Shown piece after piece: positions 6,715 through 13,658 of a DNA stretch of 19,149 nucleotides. The notes under the pieces are model-generated. The model was not told where the DNA came from. It did no database searches and saw nothing but the letters and a program-made list of their open reading frames with translations. Source of the DNA: Thermoproteota archaeon. Lineage in GTDB: Archaea > Korarchaeota > Korarchaeia > Korarchaeales > Korarchaeaceae. Each line of letters starts with the position of its first letter. Positions within the stretch are counted from its first letter, which is position 1. The position numbers were made by a program, and so were the translations under genes. The DNA lies in assembly GCA_027491395.1 (NCBI GenBank), contig JAOZFI010000014.1, forward strand, positions 1 to 19,149. The letters are read 5' to 3'.

Positions 6715-7832
6715 TGCGTAGTGAGGTGCTCATAGTTGGAGGAGGTATCTCCGGCTCTACGCTCGCCTATCTGCTGTCGAGGAAGGGCTTCTCCGTTACC
6801 GTGGTTGAGAGGAGGAGAGTCATAGGGCATCCACACCACTGCTCCGGTATACTGGGTCCTGACGCCGTAAGCGAGCTTATGCTCTTCTCCGAGGAATGGG
6901 TCATCGGAGAGGTAAACTGGGCGACCTTCGTATCTCCCGGAGGTAATGAAATAGAGGTACGGAGGCACCTAGCCACGGTCGTCGACAGGACCCAGATGGA
7001 CAGGGAGACATGGGAAGCGGCGCTCTCAGAGGGAGCTAGGGGGTTCCTCTCGACAGGATTCAAGGGATTAAGATCGAAGAACGAGGCTCTCGTGGGCAAT
7101 ATGGTGATAGAGTACAACCTGCTGGTGGGAGCGGATGGGGCCCTCTCCTCTGTAGCTGATGAGCTTGGCTTCCCACCCATGAGAATCGAGATTGGGGTTC
7201 ACAAGATCGTGGAGGGCGGGAAGATGGATGGCTACCAAGTGAAAGTGAGGAAGGGTAGCAGGTTCAGCTGGATCCAGCCTTGGAAGGGAGGGAGGAAAGT
7301 GGGGGCGCTGGGAAGGATCGATGATCCGCTGCTCACATGGATCCAAGAGACATCGGGAGATCCGGCGATTGGGTACGAGGGAGGGGTGATCCCGGTAGGT
7401 CCGAGAAAGAGATTCTGGATGGATAATGTGGCGCTGGTGGGAGATGCAGCTGGCCAAATAAAGCCTGTTAGTAGGGGAGGGGTCCTACTAGCGGTTAGGG
7501 GAGCAAAGAATCTAGCTGGCTGTCTCGAGGACTTGGACGACTTGGAAAGGGCCCTGAGGTGCTACGAGTCAAGGTGGTGGAGGCACAACAGGCGTGAGAT
7601 CTCCCTAGGATGGGCAGTGAGGAAGTATCTGGAATCCCTGAATGACCGGCAGATTGACACGCTCTTCACCCTAGTTCGTGGGGAAGGCCTCTTGGAAAGG
7701 GACTTTCACGTGGACAGGCAGTCAGCACCACTCAAAATCAGTCGTTTACCTAAAATTCTTAAATTAGCTTCCGTGAATATAGGATCAGCTGCATCGGCCC
7801 TCGCCGAGGCACTGAAGTACATGCTACGGTGA
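6714..7832 (+). CDS. Geranylgeranyl reductase-family FAD oxidoreductase
   Basis: Motifs GGGISG, CSG, VDR..MD, GADG and LVGDAAGQIKP..GG. The PxxYxWxFP motif is only partly kept (GSRFSWIQP). Confidence 0.85.
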   Translation: MRSEVLIVGGGISGSTLAYLLSRKGFSVTVVERRRVIGHPHHCSGILGPDAVSELMLFSEEWVIGEVNWATFVSPGGNEIEVRRHLATVVDRTQMDRETWEAALSEGARGFLSTGFKGLRSKNEALVGNMVIEYNLLVGADGALSSVADELGFPPMRIEIGVHKIVEGGKMDGYQVKVRKGSRFSWIQPWKGGRKVGALGRIDDPLLTWIQETSGDPAIGYEGGVIPVGPRKRFWMDNVALVGDAAGQIKPVSRGGVLLAVRGAKNLAGCLEDLDDLERALRCYESRWWRHNRREISLGWAVRKYLESLNDRQIDTLFTLVRGEGLLERDFHVDRQSAPLKISRLPKILKLASVNIGSAASALAEALKYMLR

Positions 7833-8485
7833 TAGAAAAGATGATGGAGTTCCTGACTGAGATCCTGCTGGGCATTGGCGTCACCCTTTTCTCGTTCATC
7901 CTCTTTAAAATGTATTCCAGCATTCCTGAGGTGACCTCGGCCCTAATCTCGATCAATCTCGGGCTCTACGCTATGACGTCTCCCGCACTCCTCGAGGCGA
8001 ACAGGTACGTGCTCCTCTACTTCGGCAGTTCAGGCCTCTACTTGATGCATGGTAGGTACTATACATTGATCACGTCAATGTTCCTCCACGCCAATATCCT
8101 CCACCTAGGGCTGAACATGTATGCCCTATACATACTAGGCAAGGTGGTTGAGTTATCCCTAGGTAGGATCAAGTACCTCCTCATGTACTTTATCTCGGGC
8201 GTGGTTGGGAACCTCCTGTCAGCTTTCCTCGATCCCCGCACGGTGGGAGTTGGGGCCTCAGGGGCTATAATGGGCCTCTTAGGATACATGGTTGCCATGG
8301 AATATAGGGTGACTGGAAAGCTGAGTTCCTCCACCATATTCATAGCGCTCTTCGTGATCTTCGGTGGTTTCTCAGCTAATGTGGACGTGCTGGCCCACGC
8401 TGGCGGCTTCGTCGTTGGGTTGATGTGGGGTCTAGGCAGGAGGTTCAGGCCCGCCTACACCGTCAGCTATGACCTCTATTATTGA
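7829..8485 (+). CDS. Rhomboid-family intramembrane serine protease
   Basis: SMFLHANILHLGLNM, catalytic GASG and AHAGG motifs, with multiple hydrophobic helices. Confidence 0.93.
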   Translation: MIEKMMEFLTEILLGIGVTLFSFILFKMYSSIPEVTSALISINLGLYAMTSPALLEANRYVLLYFGSSGLYLMHGRYYTLITSMFLHANILHLGLNMYALYILGKVVELSLGRIKYLLMYFISGVVGNLLSAFLDPRTVGVGASGAIMGLLGYMVAMEYRVTGKLSSSTIFIALFVIFGGFSANVDVLAHAGGFVVGLMWGLGRRFRPAYTVSYDLYY

Positions 8486-8559
8486 GGTAATATGGGGAAA
8501 TAACAGATATCGGCATCCCATTTTAAGAGTTCAGGTGAACGATCACATGGGTCGTGTGA

Positions 8560-8853
8560 ATGTTCAAGGTTAGAGAGGTAAAGAGAGTTAATGACGTTAG
8601 ATGGGAACCGGGGTTTAGACTGGTTCATCTAAGGGAAGATCAGAGGTGGCCAGAGCAGTTCTATTCGGAGGAGGGCTACCATGTGGAGGTCAAGGCCCCC
8701 ATGTCGTATCACAAGGGGAGCTGGATCGCACCTCGTGGGATCTACGCCATGGTCGATTACGAGATAACCCTGAAGGGGAGGAGGATAAAGGTCAGGAGGG
8801 TCGTTCACGAGAGTGATCCATACTTCCTAAAGGTGGTTCAGGAGATGCTCTAG
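8560..8853 (+). CDS. Hypothetical protein, 97 aa
   Basis: Fills the gap between genes, has similar codon usage (AGG/ATA) and an upstream TTTTAAG box at 8521. No family recognised. Confidence 0.7.
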   Translation: MFKVREVKRVNDVRWEPGFRLVHLREDQRWPEQFYSEEGYHVEVKAPMSYHKGSWIAPRGIYAMVDYEITLKGRRIKVRRVVHESDPYFLKVVQEML

Positions 8854-8889
8854 TTATATAGTTTGGCGGCGCCGTACCGGAGGTAAAGC

Positions 8890-9462
8890 ATGCTGCTAGG
8901 GAAGCTTGTGATTGTTCCAGCCGGCTTCATATACCATTGGATACTAGAATTCCTCGCCGAGAAGCTGACTCAGGCCTACCCAATCGATGTGGAAATCGAT
9001 TATACCGAGATTAAAATTCCCCCGACGTTGTACGACCACAACACCCAGCAGCTGAGGAGCGAGAAGTTCCTAGAGTACCTGTGGCAGATCGACAGATGGG
9101 CATCGGATGAGAAAGTACTTGCTGTGGTGGATGAAGATGCATACGCCAGAGGGACCAACTTCATCTTCGGTCAGGCTGAGCTTGGGGGAAGGTTCGGGTC
9201 CATCTACCTTCCCAGACTCAAGCCAGAATTCTACGGTGAGAGGGAGAACAGGGGGCTTTTCCTCCTGAGAACTCTTAAGGAGGCCTCCCATGAGCTAGGT
9301 CATCTTCTAGGCTTGGACCACTGTCCCACTCCGAGCTGCGTCATGAACTTCAGCCTCTCCGTGTGGGACGTTGACAGGAAGGACTGGAGACCCTGCGACA
9401 AGTGCCTAGGGAAGCTGGGTGTTCTCGATGTCAGGGCAAAGACCAGACGTCAGCAGATATGA
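8890..9462 (+). CDS. amzA: Archaemetzincin zinc metalloprotease
   Basis: HELGHLLGLDHC-x4-CVM...C-x2-C, plus NFIFG and D.K motifs. Confidence 0.93.
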   Translation: MLLGKLVIVPAGFIYHWILEFLAEKLTQAYPIDVEIDYTEIKIPPTLYDHNTQQLRSEKFLEYLWQIDRWASDEKVLAVVDEDAYARGTNFIFGQAELGGRFGSIYLPRLKPEFYGERENRGLFLLRTLKEASHELGHLLGLDHCPTPSCVMNFSLSVWDVDRKDWRPCDKCLGKLGVLDVRAKTRRQQI

Positions 9463-10195
9463 TCTGCTGCTCGTTGATATAGACGGCGTCGTCTGGCTTG
9501 ATGGAGAGCCAATAGGAAGCGCCGTGGAGGCCCTCAACGAGCTCTCCTCTATGATCGAGATTGGGTTCGTAACCAACAACTCCACCCGTCACAGACGCGT
9601 GATAGCCTCCCTTCTGAGGGATGCGGGCTTGGGATGGGTTAGAGAGGAGCACGTGATAACGAGCGCCAGCACGCTTGCCGACATAGTCCCCTCGATAGGG
9701 GTGGAGAGGTGTTACGTGGTAGGTGAGGAGGGCCTCAGGGAGGAGTTAAGGGAGAGAGGGGTGGACATGTCGGATGAGGGTGACGTGTGCGTGGGAATGG
9801 ACAGGTCCTTCAATTACCGGAAGCTGACGAGGGCCCTGAGGAACATATTGAGAGGGGGGCTCTTTCTAGCCACTAACGAGGATCGCACCCTTCCCACATC
9901 AGGTGGACCAATTCCCGGAGCTGGTTCCATGGTTTCAGCAATTTCTGGAGCTTGTGGCAGGAGACCGGATCTTGTAGTGGGTAAACCGAATCCCCTCATG
10001 TTTCTCCTCACCTCTCGAAGCGTTGGGGCATCCCACCCCCTAGTGATCGGGGACAGACCGGAGACGGACATTCTGGGGGCCTTGAGGGCGGGAATGGACT
10101 CCGCTTTGGTCCTCACTGGGGTGGTGAAGGAGTATGAGGGGGTGGTACCTCGACCCAAGTACGTTTTGAGGAGCTTGATGGACCTGATCCGCTGA
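9428..10195 (+). CDS. HAD-IIA (NagD-like) phosphatase
   Basis: Motifs DIDGV, TNNS, GKP and GDRPETDILGA. Start is ATG 9428 or GTG 9419. Confidence 0.92.
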   Translation: MSGQRPDVSRYDLLLVDIDGVVWLDGEPIGSAVEALNELSSMIEIGFVTNNSTRHRRVIASLLRDAGLGWVREEHVITSASTLADIVPSIGVERCYVVGEEGLREELRERGVDMSDEGDVCVGMDRSFNYRKLTRALRNILRGGLFLATNEDRTLPTSGGPIPGAGSMVSAISGACGRRPDLVVGKPNPLMFLLTSRSVGASHPLVIGDRPETDILGALRAGMDSALVLTGVVKEYEGVVPRPKYVLRSLMDLIR

Positions 10196-10635
10196 GGGGA
10201 GTTAAGGGGGCTTACATCCTCCTGATAATCTCTCCCGGCGCCGTCCTTGAAGTGGGAAGGTTGGGAACCTTCGAGTTCCCAGCTGGCGTTCTCGCGTATG
10301 TCGGCTCAGCGGCGGGATCTGGTGGCTTGGGAGCTAGGATAGGGAGGCATTTCAGGAAAGGGAAGACCTTGAGGTGGCACGTGGACTACTTGACAGAGGT
10401 CATGGACGTGCCATGTGCCTTGGCATTCCCCGATGCTGAAGAAGTGTCCTTATCTAGGATCCTTAGAGAGGTGGGAGTCCCGATCATCAGGGGATTCGGC
10501 TGCTCGGACAGGAGGGCCGATGAGACCCACCTCTACCTGATAGGTGAGGACCTCAAGGAGGCACTGGAGATCTTGGGAAGGATCGAATGGGGAAGGGCCT
10601 ATCTGATATGGAACCCCTTTTACAGGCTTAGATGA
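10192..10635 (+). CDS. DUF123 / GIY-YIG (Uri superfamily) nuclease-like protein
   Basis: In-frame 'KGAYILLI' upstream of the track start, then YVGSA, RIGRH, RWHVDYL, GFGCSD and THL. Proposed CTG start at 10192. Confidence 0.85.
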   Translation: MRGVKGAYILLIISPGAVLEVGRLGTFEFPAGVLAYVGSAAGSGGLGARIGRHFRKGKTLRWHVDYLTEVMDVPCALAFPDAEEVSLSRILREVGVPIIRGFGCSDRRADETHLYLIGEDLKEALEILGRIEWGRAYLIWNPFYRLR

Positions 10636-11419
10636 GCCCTAAATCTTTGGGAGTGACATAAAAGACTAGCTTGTACCTATGGTAATCCCTGATCACTTGC
10701 CTAGCTGCCTCCTCAATGTTGGGTTCCCCGTCTTTGAACCTCCAGCCTCTCTTCTCCGCCAACTGCTCCAGTATCTCGATGGGATCCGTATCCTCGATAC
10801 CATAGATCCTCTTCACGATCCCGGGATTAGATCTGAGGGCTCTCTCCAAGAGGGACACGGCGACCTCCACGGGGTTCTTCAGTTCCTCAGGGGGATAACC
10901 TCTTATGGCCATTTCGAGCGGACCACCCTCTACCGGAAGGATCCCCGGGGAATCCAGTATGTACAGGTTCCTGTCTATCCTGTAGAGCTGGAAGTGGCGC
11001 GTGTACCCGGGATTGCCGGGCACAGGGCTGGTTGAGGCGGAGCTCCTTCCCTTGAGGACATTTATTATCGAGCTCTTTCCCACCTTCGGGAAGCCTGCTA
11101 TGAGTACCTTGGCTGGCAGCTCGGGGGCTTCCCTCTTGATGAACCTCCTCAACCTCATGGTGCCCAGTCTCTCCCTCGCGCTCAAGTAGGTCGCTTTCAA
11201 GCCATCCTCCTCGAATATCCTCACCCACTGGTCTAGTATCTCCCTAGGAACCAGATCTGACTTGTTTATCGCCGCGAGGATCTTCCTTCCCTTTCTCTTA
11301 GCCATCTCCTCGAGTTTGCGGCTTCTAGTCGTCCAAGGGTCCCTAGAGTCGACGACCTCCAGCACCACATTTACCCTGTCCATAGCTTTCGCTATTTCCC
11401 TCCAGCTGGCTACCTTCAT
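10628..11419 (-). CDS. Circularly permuted ribosome-biogenesis GTPase (RbgA/YlqF family)
   Basis: G4 NKSD precedes G1 GFPKVGKS, G2 PGYT and G3 DSPG; N-terminal DSRDP. Confidence 0.93.
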   Translation of the reverse strand: MKVASWREIAKAMDRVNVVLEVVDSRDPWTTRSRKLEEMAKRKGRKILAAINKSDLVPREILDQWVRIFEEDGLKATYLSARERLGTMRLRRFIKREAPELPAKVLIAGFPKVGKSSIINVLKGRSSASTSPVPGNPGYTRHFQLYRIDRNLYILDSPGILPVEGGPLEMAIRGYPPEELKNPVEVAVSLLERALRSNPGIVKRIYGIEDTDPIEILEQLAEKRGWRFKDGEPNIEEAARQVIRDYHRYKLVFYVTPKDLGLI

Positions 11420-11440
11420 CCAGAATAAGTGTAGCGACGC

Positions 11441-11448
11441 TTTATATC
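11441..11448 (-). promoter_or_regulatory. TATA box of the GTPase gene (probably leaderless mRNA)
   Basis: GATATAAA on the minus strand, 22-29 nt upstream of ATG 11419, with no SD before the ATG. Confidence 0.5.
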
Positions 11449-11522
11449 ACTTCCGCACCGCACGAGGGCGGGGGATTGGTAGGTAAGTTAAGGTTAAGGG
11501 ATTCACCCAAGCCCATCCCCAG

Positions 11523-12560
11523 ATGAAGTTCGTCTACGACGACTCCATATCCTCATACGACTTCGGTCCGGGTCATCCATTCAGAGGGGATAGATTCCCC
11601 TCCTTCATCAGATTTCTCAAGGAGAGGGGTGAGCCTTTCGAGCTTGTGGGGTACGTCGGCGAACCACCGACCATCGAGGATCTGAGGGCAGTTCACGACG
11701 AAGAGTACTTGAACTTCCTCAGGGTCAGGAGTCAGACCGGGCACGGTATGGTCTCCCTAGATACGCCGGCATTCAAGGGGATGTGGGAAGCTGCGCTCAG
11801 CATGGTCTACTCCTCCATGTCAGCTGTCAGGCTCGCTTTAAAGGAGAGAGGTGCTGCGGGATTCGGAGGCGCCCACCACGCCGGTGTCAATTATGGGGGA
11901 GGCTTCTGCCTGCTGAACGACATCGCGATCGCGATCAGATGGGCCCTTAGGAACGGCGTCGGGTCCGCTGCGATATTCGACCACGACGCCCATCACGGGA
12001 ACGGCACCATGGATATATTCTACGATGACGACACGGTCCTTTACGTGAGCATTCACCAGGATCCGACCACTATCTATCCGGGCGTGGGTTTCGCGAGGCA
12101 GGTGGGGAGGGGTAGGGGGGAGGGGTACACGGTTAACATCCCCCTGCCTCCCGGAGCGGGACCCTCCTCCTATGAGATGGCTTTCGAGGAGCTGGTAAGG
12201 CCCATTGTGGAGTCCTTCGCGCCCAAGCTGCTCATAGCTCACGGAGGAAGCGATCCACACTTTCTGGATCCACTCACACAGTTGGGATTGGATTTGAGGG
12301 GGCTCTGGAAGCTGGGGAGGTGGGCATCGTCACTTCCAGCCGATCACAGGGTGGAACTCCTCATAAGCGGTTACAACGAGCATGTGAGGAACTGGGGGTG
12401 GCTGGGGATAGTTAGAGGATTCGCATCCCTAGACATGGGCTTCGACCCGGAGGAGATTGAAGGCAGGGCTCCGAACGATGACGATTACGTTATTCGAAGG
12501 GCCAGGTTGGCCATAGACGATGCAAAGAGCGTACTCTCCAAGTACTGGAACCTCTCCTGA
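11523..12560 (+). CDS. Histone deacetylase / AcuC-family Zn-dependent deacetylase
   Basis: Motifs HPF, DTP, GGAHHA, GFC..ND, DHDAHHGNGT, SIHQ, DPHFLDPL and SGY. Confidence 0.93.
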   Translation: MKFVYDDSISSYDFGPGHPFRGDRFPSFIRFLKERGEPFELVGYVGEPPTIEDLRAVHDEEYLNFLRVRSQTGHGMVSLDTPAFKGMWEAALSMVYSSMSAVRLALKERGAAGFGGAHHAGVNYGGGFCLLNDIAIAIRWALRNGVGSAAIFDHDAHHGNGTMDIFYDDDTVLYVSIHQDPTTIYPGVGFARQVGRGRGEGYTVNIPLPPGAGPSSYEMAFEELVRPIVESFAPKLLIAHGGSDPHFLDPLTQLGLDLRGLWKLGRWASSLPADHRVELLISGYNEHVRNWGWLGIVRGFASLDMGFDPEEIEGRAPNDDDYVIRRARLAIDDAKSVLSKYWNLS

Positions 12561-12610
12561 CGGGGAAATTTTTTACGCAGGCCTATCCGATCCCAGAGGA
12601 GGCACCGGCC

Positions 12611-13657
12611 TTGATAAGCATAATCATTCCCACCTACAACGAGAGAGAGAACCTAGAGGAGCTGGTGAGTCGAATAGATAGGGCACTGGCCGGTGTGGAT
12701 TATGAGATAGTGATAGTGGACGATAACTCGCCTGACGGAACGGCTGACCTGGCTAGAGAGCTCTCCTCCAAGTACCCCATCAAGGTCAAGGTGAGGCCGG
12801 GGAAGATGGGACTATCCTCTGCCGTGGTGGAGGGGCTGGAGCTGACAGAGGGAGATGTAGTGGCTGTGATGGATGCTGACCTCCAACATCCGCCTGAGCT
12901 GCTTCCTGAATTGTACAGGAAGGTAACGGAGGGTTGCGACATAGCCATAGCCTCTAGGTACGTGGAGGGAGGGTCCGTGGCTGGGTGGGGGCTGGTAAGG
13001 AGGATAATCTCTAGGGGATCGATACTGCTCGCCTGGATCCTCCTTCCGAAGGTTAGGGGTATCAGGGATCCTTCTTCTGGTTACTTCATGTTCAGGAGAT
13101 CTGTAGTGGAGGAGATTGTCGAGTATCTGGACCCCATGGGCTTCAAGATCCTCTTGGAGGTGCTGGTGAATGGGAACTATTCAAAGGTGTGTGAGGTCCC
13201 CTACACCTTCGGCGTGAGGAGGAGAGGTTCCTCAAAGCTTGGGGGCGGCGTCATACTGAGTTACCTGTTGCATGTACTGGAGCTCAGCCCTCCTATAGTC
13301 AGGTTCGCCATAGTGGGGGCTGTCGGCACCGTGGTGAATCTAACTGTCCTCTGGATCCTGCGGTACGGTCTCAAGCTGATACATGAGATCGCATCCGCCG
13401 TCGCCATAGAGGTATCCCTTCTGAGCAACTTCCTCCTCAACGACGTCTGGACATTTAGGAGGAGGAGAAGGAGCGGGTTCATTCAGAGCATTCTGAGGTA
13501 CCATGTGGCCAACCTGGCCGGCATAATCACCCAGTACGGCGTCTCGGTATCCCTTCACAGGTTCCTAGGTGTGGAGTCTCTGGCTTCCCAGTTCGTGGGT
13601 ATCTTGGTCGGGTTCCTAGTGAACTACGCCCTCAGCAGGAGCGTGGTGTGGTGGTGA
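12611..13657 (+). CDS. Dolichol-phosphate mannosyltransferase-like GT2 with a C-terminal GtrA membrane domain
   Basis: Motifs IIPTYNE, DDNSPDGT, MDADLQHPP, ASRY and GFKILLE; C-terminal 'RFAIVGAVGTVVN...NFLLNDVWTF' is GtrA-like. Confidence 0.92.
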   Translation: MISIIIPTYNERENLEELVSRIDRALAGVDYEIVIVDDNSPDGTADLARELSSKYPIKVKVRPGKMGLSSAVVEGLELTEGDVVAVMDADLQHPPELLPELYRKVTEGCDIAIASRYVEGGSVAGWGLVRRIISRGSILLAWILLPKVRGIRDPSSGYFMFRRSVVEEIVEYLDPMGFKILLEVLVNGNYSKVCEVPYTFGVRRRGSSKLGGGVILSYLLHVLELSPPIVRFAIVGAVGTVVNLTVLWILRYGLKLIHEIASAVAIEVSLLSNFLLNDVWTFRRRRRSGFIQSILRYHVANLAGIITQYGVSVSLHRFLGVESLASQFVGILVGFLVNYALSRSVVWW

Positions 13658-13658
13658 G

